Assembly (NCBI GenBank): GCA_964187785.1
Contig: CAXLNC010001480.1
Location: 1 to 64,000 of the forward strand
Reading direction: 5' to 3'
DNA length: 64,000 bases
DNA from: Amphiscolops sp. MND2022
Lineage: Eukaryota
In this document: positions 21,344 through 34,149 of the stretch, piece after piece
Position numbering within the stretch: position 1 is the stretch's first letter
Layout of the letters: each line of letters begins with the position of its first letter
Program-made: the position numbers and the translations under genes
The notes under the pieces: generated by a model
What the model was told of the DNA's origin: nothing
Database searches by the model: none
What the model saw: only the letters and a program-made list of their open reading frames with translations

Positions 21344-22727
21344 TTTGACTCCATTTCTGGTGGTGCCATGGTTTGTGGCTGCTGCATCGGGATCGTTTGT
21401 GGGTTTTGTGTGATGGGAATATTATTGAGGGGCGTTGTTTTAGGTGTTTTCCACCATGAGGGCGGTTTGCCCAATTCGCTCCAGAGAAGCAGTCTTTCGT
21501 TTCGTGGCTGATTTTGCCACATGTCTCGCAGGGAGTGGATTGAGTTGGAGCGTTTGTTTTTTGGGATCGTTTGTCCCGATTGGTTTTCCTGCAGTTTCGT
21601 AGGAGGTGACCTCGGTTGCCGCACCCAAAGCATGGTCCCGTTGTTCTGGGGTGATTGTTTTGTTGCTGTTGTTGTGAACTGGGTTCGATGTTGTGGACTC
21701 CTGTGATTGAAAGGCTGTCGTTGGTAGCGAGTCCATTGAGTTCGATTTCTCGTTCCAAGTGCTGTACCATTGTCTCGTACGATTCTGTTTCTAGTCTTGC
21801 CTGGTTTAGAACCTTCTTGAGGTGTGGTGGCATTTTTGCATAGAAGGATGTTTCTATGAATCGGGGGGCGTCCTCTCCATAGGCTTCTTGTGCTAGTTTT
21901 TGGTATTGCTCCAAGAAGTCTGGGAAGGTTTGTTGGCTTGGGTTAAATGACAGATTTTCCCATTTGCACCGTGCAGTTGCCACTGACTGCTGTCGGACGT
22001 ATCTCCTGCGGAAGCCTGCCAGGATGTCATTCAGGTGTTCACGTGTTGCTTCCGTCATGTTCCTGAATGTTTGTAACGCTTCGCCTCTCAGGAGGGAGTG
22101 AAAGTAATGGATCTTTTCTTCTTCAGTGATGTTCGGGTATACTTTGAGGCTTGTCTGGAAAAGGTCCTCAAAGTGCTCGAACTTGTCCGTTTTCCCGTCG
22201 AAAGTCGGCATCGTAGTGGACATGGCTTTTGGTAGCCTGGGGACGCCTGAGTTGTTTGTTGTTGCCGTTTGCAGCGATTGTAACAGTTTATCAATGATGT
22301 CATCGGGGTACCTCTGGTTTGGAGGTGGCAGACTTGATGATCGTTGATGATTTTCTTGATGGTTCGCAGAGACTCCTGTCACCATGTTGGTACTAACGTT
22401 CACTAAGTTGCCGATGGATTCGGAGTTCCCTATTGATTCGGGCTCGATATCATGTCGTAGAACTGAACCTGAAGGTTCAGTGGCGGAATTTGAAAGACCA
22501 TCTACTTTCGCGGCTAGATTTTCGATTAATTTTAAAATTTCTCTTTGTCCAAATTCTGCGTCTCTTAGTCTTTTGGACAGTCGATTTTCAATCTTGTTTG
22601 AAATATCTGAGAAGTCTTGTTCAGTCAAGCAAGTATTTTCATCAGAAGCCTGGCTTGCAGACTCGACATTTTCCAAACTACTACTTGGGTCACTCCTAAG
22701 TTTCCTTTTCTGAGATTTCTCGGGCAT
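21334..22727 (-). CDS. gag: Gag with two CCHC knuckles; apparent 1-bp deletion near 21460-21462, true C-terminus in the 21334-21633 frame
   Basis: PTFDGKTDKFEHFEDLF, CFGCGNRGHLLRNC, CETCGKISHETKDC; only the ...PSWWKTPK...MESKNS* frame carries the slippery site in phase. Confidence 0.88.
21340..21346 (-). promoter_or_regulatory. -1 ribosomal frameshift heptamer A_AAA_AAC (gag to pol)
   Basis: TCA AAA AAC TCC TAA; the -1 frame reads KLLKPRLRFGDYIDYRFYTTSEPPKDHDLE directly into MFAECSG of pol without a stop; 8-bp stem CTTCGGGG/CCCCGAAG downstream (21313-21320 / 21269-21276). Confidence 0.8.
22371..22384 (-). promoter_or_regulatory. Primer-binding site TGGTGACAGGAGTC (tRNA not identified)
   Basis: Begins with TGG immediately after the 5' LTR end ...ACCAACA. 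Confidence 0.8.
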
Positions 22728-24443
22728 CGTCGAAAAGTTTAGTTGATCAAACAGGTTAATTCGACTGGTTTACCTGGTGGTTGAACTAATCAAGAGTTTC
22801 TAGAACAAGCTTGTTCCAATGCAAAGATACAGTCTCAAATCCAAAGAAAACGTTCGCAAGCAAATAAAAGAGTACAATCAATAATTGAAAACTCAAAATT
22901 CAAAGTTTTGGGAATTACAAATCAAGGTTGAGCTTTCGCGGAATCAAAATAACTCTGTCCTTTTCCTTTTCCCACTTCAGGTATTTATACTTTGCGCTAG
23001 ACACGCGGGATAAATCCCGCGCGTGAATTCACACTTCGTTCAGCTCGGCGTCCTTCCGAGGCAAGAAAATCCAAGTCAGGTACGCTTCCTCGGACTCGGC
23101 TTTCGGCTTCATCTCACTTCAAAGGAAAAGTGGGAATCAACTTCCTGCCGAAGTCCCAATTCCGCGTACCTTTCTTCTTCATTTCCCGCCAATTCAAGAC
23201 GCCGAACCGAAGTTAGCACTGAAATTCATGAACCTAGCTACTGAAGCGGGAAAAGGAAATGAAGTTTACATCGAAGAAAATGAAACTCTAAATAAAATAA
23301 AACTGCTCTAAATTAGGAAAAATGGGAATTCGGGCATTATTATTCTCATCAACTGAACACAAAATGATCAATTTGGGCGGATTAATTCGTTGGTTAAAGT
23401 TCTGGTCGAATGCCAGGGCGGAGTGTTAAACTGAAATTTTCCGGAACACTTGACCGGATATTGAACATCATTAATCAACACAGTGGGGGGGGTTTAACGC
23501 AACTTTAATGGCTTTAGTGAGTATTATATGCCATTCAATCAATAAACGTTCATAACAAATTAATAATCAGCACTTGTCACAATGTAGTTAATCTTTCATT
23601 CGTTCTCAACTAAGCAGTTGCCCCGGCGGTCGACCCGGGGTGGGGCTCTACCAACACAGTAATATTTGAATAAAAATACTACAAAACGAACGAAATATTG
23701 CTCTGGTGGGGGAATCAGGACAAATTAACAATATTATCCAAGTTACACTAATAATTAATGCACAGTAATATCAACTATATTTGATCGGTTGTCCCGGTGG
23801 TTGTCCCATTTGGAAAGTAGAGTTGGGTGACCAGGCGGTTGACCTAAATAATAAAACAAATACTTTCATCATTTAGACCCTTCATTATTTCCATCGGTTA
23901 TTTATTTGTGGTTTGAGCTTCTTTTAAGCTCTGTGTTTACGATAGAATAGCACAACATGTTATACAGTAATACTATTGCTTCAGTTGTTTCAAGCGTGCG
24001 ACCAGGCGTGCGACCCAGCACTCGGTCGACTGGTGAGCTGCCTGGTATTGCTGTTCAGCTAGCGCGGTGAATTTGCGCTAATCGCTGATTGGTCCGATGA
24101 AATTGGAATGAAATTTAATCTGCTTTAGCTCCATTGTTATTGTAGCGGTAAATTGATCAGCGTGTTGGCTGAGTTAATTTCGGTCAATATGCTGGTCGCT
24201 TTACTGTAAACAAATCACACTAATAGCACTTTAATATTATTTAAGTATTTACATATTTATGTATTTTAGGTACTGCGCTGGGTTAATAATGTTTGTTGGA
24301 TAGTTTAGATGGGTTGTTTGTTAATTGTTTCTTTCAGGGTGAATGATGTTCTTATTCGGTCCCTTTCTGGTTGATTTCTCTATTTCCTTCCTCTGGCGTT
24401 CTCCTTGTATTCGTTATTTCGCTGCTCCTAGAGGGCTGCGACA
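22385..24443 (-). repeat. 5' LTR (2059 bp), containing the first 114 gag codons
   Basis: Direct repeat of 8768-10827; the ORF starting at 22727 lies within it. Confidence 0.97.
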
Positions 24444-26699
24444 CTGCCTGTTGATTCTCGAATGAATCCAGCTATTCTTGTATCCTATTGGCAACAGATG
24501 AGAAGTATGAAATGTTTTTGGTTACTCGTGGAGATACAAAGCGTTGTCATAAACTGTTGGCTTCTTTATATACGGCACGGTGTATGATGCCTGAAAATAA
24601 CAAGTCTTCATTTCTGGTTTTTCCTTGTTCGTGCTGAAGTGCACTGCTCCACTTTTCGCTAGCTGCGGCTTCATCCGATCATGAGTACCGTTATTTTCCT
24701 CGGTGGTTGACATGATTTGTTCAAAATCATAACGAAATTTTATCGCCGCTGCACAATTTGTTTCCCCAATTTTTACAAGTAATAGACAGACGCTAGCACT
24801 CGAAATCTTCGAGTATCATCCAGTTTTCCCTATTTCGTTGATCATAGTGGTTCCTCTGAAGCAAACACGTCGTCTTCAAAACTCGGCGTTTTGTCATTGT
24901 ATGCAAAGTAAGCATCAAAACGTAAGGAACGTATACGACAGCTTTTTCACTTGACAGTGGTGTGGGATTCGGTTTTTGTGATTTGGTTTTCACGCTTTTG
25001 CCTTTTTCTTTACCTTTTTCAAATACCGGTCTTGTCTCAATAGTTCCTATTGTTCGGATCGCGCCGACTGTCCAGACCCCCATTTAATAATTTTTTTCAC
25101 CATCGCTGGTTCCGAGTTGGACTTGTTGTGTATTTACATGATCAGCAAAGTTTTGGATCTCTAGTTCAACATACTAGCTATCCTTCTCATACGATGTTCA
25201 ATTTGTTCAGAGCCTGCCCCTTTTCCGTTCCTTTTGCTTTACAGAAGAACTTTGCCCTGAGTGGATATTTCTTCACGCGATGAACGTTTATATCTTTCTT
25301 ATTTTTCCATGTGTTGTTCTTGGAAATTGAGCTATTTGTATATTTTCAAGATGGTGTATGATGCTATGTTGAAAAAGTGAATTCTTTGTTTCACCCTTTT
25401 TCATTGTCGAGACAAATATAGGATTCAGAAAGTGATCATTTTGAAGAAGGTCGAGATGTTACTGTGTGATGAACACTAACACGTCATATACATATATACA
25501 TGTTGTGTTATATATAATATGTTGTGTCATATATAATACATGTATGTTGTGTTATACATGTTGTGTATATATAAACATATACGTGTTATATATAACACGA
25601 CATATACAAAATGACATCATATCAAAGTCTGATTTGGAATCCATCATGCCGTTTTCGATGACGTATCATATAACTGGGTCTCGATGAAAACCTGATTGGT
25701 TTTGTGACTGAAAAGATTATACGAAAAAAAACTATGGGGCAATTGCATTCGATTTCAGAAAGAACTTAGAACATGAAGCGAAAGTCAAATCGAGCTAGAT
25801 CATTTGTTGACAAAAAGCAAAAAAATAAATAGCAAAAATGATCCGATTTCAATATGCGGAACAACAGTTAGTAACAACAGTTAGTAAAAAGTATAGAGTA
25901 ATTGGAACTACATCCCTGAACCAGATTAAAACTTCATGTAAAGATTGGATTCATTCCACATTGTTTGTTTTGTCTAAAAGAAACTGTAAAAAACGGCAGA
26001 CAGTATCTGGAGTGGGGGGGGGGCTTCTTCCTGAAACTGAATCTTTTGATTAGATTTGCAAAGACTCCGTTACTAACAATCAGTAGTCATCATGAATTGA
26101 AAAAAGGAAGGCGAATTTTTTGCGTTATAACCATTCAATTTCGTTCTAGCTAACGATTTTAACTTCTTTGTGGAGGGAATATAAAGAGCTAGTCCTCGCA
26201 AGAGAAAACTAACTTGACAAAGTTCTCAAAGCTTGTAGGATGATGTTATAAGGTAGTGACTTGTAAGTATTCAACAACTTTGTCTTTTGTACGTGTACAT
26301 TTTTGGAGGACAGTGTATTGGTAACGCACTACCAAGTCTTGGCTTTTGAACTGAAGGACATGCTTCAACTATTGCTCTCGTATTTGAAAAAAAAAACACA
26401 AAGTAGTCTCTGCTCCAAGACTTCCGAGATGACGCCCTTTTAATTCTCTAGCAACTTGAAACGATTGTTGATGTCTAGATCATCTGTGGTACTTTCACCG
26501 GTGATGATCAGTATGGCTCGTGTAATTACGAAATGACCTAGAGTAAATAGAGTTAGAATATTAAACCAAAAGAAAGTGCAGTGAGGTATTGAATTGGGAT
26601 TTGTTTCAATTCGTATGAAGATTGTATTGGATTCTACGTAATTTAGGATCTGCTGGCCCAACTGATTGTGATCTCTCAAAGATCACTAACGTATCGGTT

Positions 26700-27270
26700 T
26701 TGACCTTGCGGGTGCTTTAAATTTTTGACTCCAGTCTGATTAACATGATCCATTGTTGATTGATCACATGACTTCTGATCTATATTTGATCAGATTCGAA
26801 TAACGTCGTTCTTGCAGGTATGAAGTTCTTGCCAAAGTCACAGAAGAGCATTCATGGTAAGCTGAGTCGGGCGATAAAACACTTTACAGCTCCGAGACAA
26901 ACGTCTTCTGCAATATCGTCCACAATTTCAAACAAGGACTGTCGTCTTTGGCGTAAACAAAGGCGACATATAACTTCTCTTGCTTCTCATCTCTGGTGGT
27001 GAAGAAGTAAATTACAGTCTGCTAAGTAAATTACACTTTTGACGAAAGAATTCGTTCGTGTGATTCATTCCAGTGTGGTGGACAACTTTTCGATACATTT
27101 TCGCAAAATCGGCTAATATTGCAAATTTTTTTAACGGAAATGTAAGCTTGTCGAAAGAGGTGTAAACTTGTTGGTTGAAAATTGTCATTCGATAGCTTGT
27201 TGTTGCTGGTTTTTGCCATTGAAGACGAACAACAGCTTTGTTGTTTTTGATTTGTTTTTGAAAGCGCAAA
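26700..27270 (-). pseudogene. Degenerate BEL/Pao integrase remnant
   Basis: VVHHTGMNHT..FRQK, KLYVAF, EIVDDI..VCLGAVKCFIARL.LP.MLFCDFGKNF pieced across frames. Confidence 0.55.
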
Positions 27271-27651
27271 GATGTGGCAGGTATTAGTTTTGTTTAGGTT
27301 GCTTGAAAAATTGATCATCTTCAAATGCCAAAAGTCTGGAATGTAGCATCTATATTCCCTATACAACTAGGAGGGATTTGCAACGAGGTGTTGCTCCGGA
27401 GACAGGACTCGTTGAGTTCCTTCACTGTAGATTTTACCTATTGGTTCTTCGGAAATCTTGATACACAAGTTCACCAGAAACATTTAACCGACAGTTGTTT
27501 TTTTTTGTTTCACGAATGTGTTTTTTTGTTTCACATTCGATCCCTCCAGTAGGTACATTTTGTGCAGTGTTTACTTCCCATTTCTGAAAAATTTCCAAAT
27601 TGATAGGTGGTAAAATTGTGGCAAGAGATTCGTGGTAAAATTGAATGTACG

Positions 27652-30600
27652 TGTGACAGGGTTGACAAAAAAGACTAAAAGAAACTTTAATTGAAACATA
27701 TATACAACTGTCAATCATAGTATGTTCAATTATCCAAACTGTTGTTGTCTATTTATATATTTATCAACATTGTCAATAGTACCAGCAAAATCGTAGACCA
27801 CCAAAAGAAACGGTGAACCATTTCACCACATGGTCTAGTTAACGAATAGATTCTTGCTTTACTCTCTTCTTTGTAATCTAAAAAGAAATACAAGTTACCG
27901 AGTAAAAAGAAACCCTATAACATGGCGCTGCGAGCCGAACTTTCTACGGGAACCCAGGCAATAGCAGGACTTCCAACTTATTGGCAAGACGCCTCCAAAA
28001 ACCCTACACTAGAATGGGAAAAATGGCGAGATTTATTCGAAGTGGCATTAATGGCCAAAAACAACATATCAATCGCAGAATTGATCAAAACGGGAAATAA
28101 AGAAAAAAGTTTAATGGGAGATCTCGACGAAGTACCAGCTACCAAGAAGGCTATCAGTATACTTTACCTTGCACTGGGATCAACAGGACGCAAATCAATC
28201 GCCGACAAGTTTCCAACCACCAACAAAGCCACCATATCACTCCCCGATCTGCTAAAGAACTTTAAAGACTACTTTGAGAAGCCCAAAAATGAAACTCTTG
28301 ATTGTTTCAAATTTCTGTCCCGAAAACAAAAAGAAGGCGAATCATTGAAGAACTTCTGGAACGAACTAAATGGATTAGCCGCAAAGTGCAACTTTGGCAT
28401 AATAACAGATAGTTTAGTGAAAGATGTTTTCACTGTGAACATGATAGATCAAGAAGTTCAACAAAAACTGTGCACAGAACCAAAAGCTACAGCGGCTGAA
28501 ACAATTCAATTTGCAGTTGCGTACGAAGAAGGCACATTGAGACAACAGTCATTTGGCACGTTAGATAAGCCAAGCAAAAAACTGAAATAGCTGACGTGAA
28601 TAACATTAACCAAACCAATAAACGATGGGGACCAACCAAAAAGTGCTTCAGATGTGAAGGAGTATTTTTACCACAACATCTAAAAGAGTGTAAAGCTTTG
28701 GGCGTCACTTGCATGAAATGCGGAAAGAAAGGACATTTTGCTCGATGTTGTCAAACTAGAGGAGCCGGAACATTTGCAAAAAACCGCAAAGTAGCAAAAC
28801 CTCCTCAACATATTCAATGTATTGATGAGTGGAGCGAAAGCAGTGAAGATTCAATTGTGGATGATGAGAAGGTAGTACTCACGATCGAGGGTGATACCAA
28901 TGGACAATTCACCATGAAAGGAAAAATAAATGGGAATCCATTTCAAACAATGGTAGACTCTGGATCACCCGTGACAATATTCGCTATTGATGAAATGAAA
29001 CAAATAATGAAGCGCAAAACATTATTCATCAGAGAACTACCAGAAGACGAGGAATATGTGGACTTCAACAAACGGAAGCTACAACTATTGGGCTACATAT
29101 TTTGTCATCTAGAAGTGGGTGATAGCAAACTAAACAAAGCCCGAATATTGATTGCAAACAAAGGCGCGAAGTCACTAATTGGACGCGATTGGTTGAACGC
29201 ATTCAACTACAAATTCGTATCTCCAACAAAAGACGAAGGTAACAAAGCTATTTACACAATTAAACAAAATATTAAACAACCAAATAAAACAACGCAACCA
29301 AGTGAACAGACTAAACCAAAAACTTGGAACGATAATGATAACAATAACGAAAAGATTAAACTACAAAACCAATTTTCCTCTTTGTTCGCGAGACAAGGAC
29401 AAATTCGTGACCATACTGTAAAAATTGAATTCAATCCAGAAGCTAAAATAACGCAACAGAAAGGTAGACGAGTACCTATCCAATTACAAGACTCGGTCCA
29501 AGAAGAAATTGAAAGACTACTGAATGAAGGACATATTGAACGAGTAACAGATATAACAGATAAACAATTTATCCAACCGGTCGTAATAACAGTAAAACGA
29601 GACAAAAGTGTAAAAATTGCACTAGACGCACGCGCGCTAAACAATGAATTAATTAAAGACAAATACCAAATGCCGAATTTAGAACATCTTGTAGACATGG
29701 TAGCAGAACAACTAGGTAATAATAAAAGCGGACAAGCGTGGTACACTTCGCTAGATATGCGATATGCCTATGGTCAAATACCATTGGATGAGGAAACGGC
29801 ACGCCACTGCAATTTCCAAATAATAGGCGGCAAAGCAACGGGAACATATCGCTTCATCACTGTATTCTACGGACTCACAGTGATGCCTACCGAGTTCCAA
29901 AAGGTCATGGATAAAAAATTATCCAACATTGCAAATACGTATGACTTTTTGGACGACATACTAATAGTAACAAAAGGAAGCCAAACAGACCATTACGCAC
30001 GGGTAAAACAAGTACTAGAAAAACTGGATAAAGCGAACATACAGCTAAAATGGGAAAAATGCAAATTCGCACGAAGCGAAATAGAATGGTTAGGGTACCA
30101 CCTAACACAAACAGGAATAAGGCCAATCAACACAAAAATTCAAGCGATAACTGACAAGCTTAAACCAAAAAATCTAAAGGAACTAAGGTCGTACTTGGGC
30201 GCAGTGAACCAATTAAACAGGTTCATACCCAATTTGGCACAACTATGTTTTAAATTACGCCCATTGTTGAAACAGGACAAAGCATGGTGTTGCACCGAAA
30301 GCCATGACAAAGCTTTCGAAGAAATAAATAAACAAGTCAAGAAAAGTACGGAAGTAGGCCACTTCAAGAAAAGCGGAAAAATAAGAATTATTTGCGATGC
30401 CAGTAAAGCAGGTTTAGGTGCTGTACTACAACAGCAAGAAGAAATTGGTTGGAGACCAATTCATTTCGCCTCACGTTTCCTCACACCACTAGAAGAAAAA
30501 TACTCAAATAATGAACTTGAGTTATTGGCAGTTGTCTGGGCAGTCGAACATTTCAAAAACTATCTGTACGGGATAAAATTCCAAGTCATATCTGACCACA

Positions 30601-33060
30601 AAGCACTAGCCACCGTTTTAAAAAGTAACAAAGGTAATAAAACATACTCAAGCCGACTCACACGATGGGTTGATCGTCTACTTCCTTTCGATTTTGAAAT
30701 CTTCCATGCTCCAGGCAGAACGATCGGAATTGCAGATTACTTGTCAAGACACCCATCTCCCATAGAAAGTACAAGCGTGAAAGCAGAAGAATTGTGGAAC
30801 AACTGGTTCACAGTGAATCATGTAAATAATGTAAATAGCATTTTAGCTGAAGAATTCAACGGACCAATCAGAAGTCGCCATTGGATCAAGTTGATACGTG
30901 ATGATGAACGCAGTAAATGTGAAAGCACTCATGATTCTTTCAAAGCACGCAATACACCGCAGTCTAACAACGACAACAAAATGGGACAAACAAACTCAAT
31001 CAATACGATTGCAGGTAATTCAATTTCCCAAAAATTTGAATCAAAATTACCAATTGCCAATAAAATCGGTGAAAATTTACTAATCGCCAATTACAAGGAC
31101 GATGAAAATTTACAAAAAATCATCAATCTAGTCACGAATCCCACAAAAACCAAAATAAAAGCAATCGACAGCCCATGGCGTGAACGTTTTACATCCTTTT
31201 CACTAGATGAAAACGATCTCTTATACTTAGACGATCGCCTCATAATCCCAAAAGTTTTACAAACCCCGATCAAAAATTCATTACATTGGGGACACCCTGG
31301 CCGTGATCAAATGTTACGCCAAATTTCGGATATCTGGTGGCCACGTATCCACCGAGATATCACACTTCTTACAAAGTCGTGCTCTGAATGTCAAAATGCG
31401 GGTAAGTCGATTAAACCTCTTTTAAAACAAAAGCAATTCGGTAAACTCCCAACTCCAATAACAATAAATGAAGAAATAGCAATCGACTTCGCGGGGCCGT
31501 TCAAAATTGCACGTAGCTCAAAGAAATACCTCATAGTCTCGGTAGATAGTAAATCAGGTTGGCCTGACGCAAATTTTCTCCGCGCCCCCATCACCTCCAA
31601 AGTAATAGAATTTTTAACTAACTGTATAGCAAATAACGGAATACCACGACGAATTCGTACAGACCCGGGAACAGCATTTAAAGGCGAAAAATTTCAAAAT
31701 TTCTGTCGTAAAAATTTCATTGAACACATTATCTGTCCAATCTACGACCACAGAGGCAACGGCAAAGTAGAAAGATTAATCCGCACTATAAACGAACGAT
31801 TAAGGGCAAATAAAACAATAGTACTGGATAAAGAAAACACTGGATTATCCGAACTACTATACGCACTGCGAACTGCCCCAAAAGAAAATAAATTGTCAAC
31901 AGCGGAACTACATACAAATAGAAAATTTACTACTGTCAAAGATATAATAACTACTAAACCACAACCAAACTACAAGGTTTCAGACAAAGACAGCAACTTC
32001 GAACTGGAGATGAGCGACTTTCCAGCAGACCAGGACTCAGAAATTCTGGTGAGAGAACGTGCCAGAGGTTCAAAACTGGAGGCAACATACAAGAAGAAGA
32101 AAGGCCGAATCATCAACGAAACACCACACACGCTCAAAATAAAGGAAAGAGGCAAATCACTGCCAACAATATTGAGTAAGCGTGAAGTGGCTACTTCACA
32201 TAAATTGGCCAATCTACACCAAACAGCACAAACCAACAACCAATCACGAGACGCCAACATTGATGAACCAACTAAAACACGCGAACCAGAGAAAAATGTG
32301 CGACCTAAGAAAATCAACTCCCCAACTTCACCAAAGAAAAAGCAAAGTAAGAAAATTCCAACGGAATTCAAAAGACTCACTAACTGGCATGAAATTTTTC
32401 TTGAATCGGAGGATGAAGAGGAGACAATACAAAAACATAAAAGTACTCCAAATGCCATAAAAGCCACGGTAAACTGGGGCACTACAAAAATAGAACCCCC
32501 AGAAACAAATGAAGAACAAAACACCGACACTGACAACGAACCGAGTACATCGACGGGAGAAAGAAGATCCCAAAGAAGTAGAAGAGCACCACAATACTAC
32601 GGAGACACCGTAATGATCTGCGATAAAGAAAAACCCACAACAATGGACAAACCCGAAATCATTAACATCTCGTCAAGCGAGGACAGTGTACGATAAAACT
32701 ACAAACAAAACATAACGAACTACAACCCAAAATTTTTATTTTAACATATACCCGAACAGAGATGGCCAAGAAAGCAAAGAAGGAGGAGTGTGACAGGGTT
32801 GACAAAAAAGACTAAAAGAAACTTTAATTGAAACATATATACAACTGTCAATCATAGTATGTTCAATTATCCAAACTGTTTTTGTCTATTTATATATTTA
32901 TCAACATTGTCGATAGTACCAGCAAAAGTGTAGACCACCAAAAGAAACGGTTAAAACATTTCACCACTTGGTCTAGTTAACGAATAGATTCTTGCTTTAC
33001 TCTCTTCTTTGTAATATAAAAAGAAATACAAGTTACCGAGTATAAAGAAACCCTATAACA
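27652..33060 (+). mobile_element. Ty3/gypsy LTR retrotransposon, 5.4 kb
   Basis: LTRs 27652-27922 and 32789-33060 (~96% identical); TSD GTACG at 27647-27651 and 33061-33065; PBS TGGCGCTGCGAGC (tRNA-Ser-like, inferred); PPT AAAGAAGGAGGAG. Confidence 0.98.
27922..32696 (+). CDS. gag-pol: Gag-Pol, split by a probable 1-bp deletion near 28576-28581
   Basis: ORF1 27922-28590 is capsid-like; ORF2 has knuckle CMKCGKKGHFARCC, VDSGSP, FLDDIL, CDASKAGLGAVL, HWGHPG..CSEC, IDFAGP, TDPG, GKVER. Confidence 0.93.
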
Positions 33061-33352
33061 GTACGTTTAGTTCCCTCGTGGATGTTTCCAGCTACTACCA
33101 ATTCGAGAACACAATTCATCATTTGCAGGTTGTTTTCTCGGTCACGTTTTTATTCCAGAACAACAATTTCTTTGACATCTGTCTCTAGGATGATAACCAT
33201 TTTTTAGTCGACGCTCTTCGTAGAAAAACGCAGACTACAGTATTGACTTTTTTTACGACCAACGAAATGACAGATTTTATAAGCTTTATAAGCCGACTTG
33301 AACTAATACTAAATGCCACACTACTTCTACTGGCACTTGAGATAGAGGTTAA

Positions 33353-33560
33353 TTAGACTTTTTTGAGGTCTCCTTTTGCATTTTTCGGCACTATGCGACT
33401 TCCCGGGGACCAAAAAATTGAAAAAAATTGATTTTTTTTCAATTTTTTCCTCATGCGGCTACTGTTGAAGAGAACATTTGACACTTTGAAGTCCTTTTGC
33501 TGTTTTTGAGCCTTAGATAGGGCGCCCACCGTTCCCTGCTTGTTTCTAAATTTAATGGAA
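33353..33560 (+). repeat. Copy of the CGGCACTATGCGACT repeat family
   Basis: Core shared with 1387-1401 and 60171-60190. Confidence 0.5.
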
Positions 33561-34149
33561 TCTGAGTCATCTAGGTGGGAGATCGATTGCAATGGAAGGC
33601 CGTCAGCTTGAATTGAACCTCCACGCCCATCAACATTTTTTTTTTCAAAGGGGAAGTAAATGGCGGCGTTTGCATTTAATTTTTGTTCGAAAACCAGAAA
33701 AAATTACGTTCCGGAAATCTTTCAGGTCTAAATTTTTGCAACAATTCCGCCTGAAAACACTCCTGTCTTTCCATTAACGGTACACCGACAATACTAGGAA
33801 GGGATCACCAAGAACTAGAACCATTTATTAGGTTCAACTGATCAAAACAAACACGTACAGCACCCAATTAACTCACTGGTTGGACCAATTAGCTCACCTT
33901 ACAATTAACATCAGTGAAAAGCACTGTAAAGCACTTGTCTCAGCAGAAACGCAAACGCACTGGCAAAGAAAGACCAATACGTAAGACTTCATACGTATTC
34001 AATTGGATGTATTTCAAAGTTTGGTATCCCTTGCAACTATTCCAATCAATCACAAGCAGCAATGGTGCACAGCACGCGACGAAATCAAACGAGTAACATT
34101 CATTGAATAACCTCTGTAACCAAGTCGCCTATTCCTGCCCAGAATGTCA

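Larger units (their letters stand above)
8768..24443 (-). mobile_element. Young 15.7-kb Ty3/gypsy LTR retrotransposon with accessory genes
   Basis: LTRs 8768-10827 and 22385-24443 (TG...CA); TSD CTGCC at 8763-8767 and 24444-24448; PBS and PPT present; gag plus PR-RT-RH-IN order. Confidence 0.98.

Noticed and set aside
21231-21460. C-terminal tail of the 498-aa gag ORF and a pol start at 21253
   Set aside because: The tail is out of frame because of the 1-bp lesion; the pol frame is open upstream to the slippery site.
25485-25610. AT-rich low-complexity tract and overlapping 73-aa ORF
   Set aside because: Degenerate microsatellite with no coding signal.
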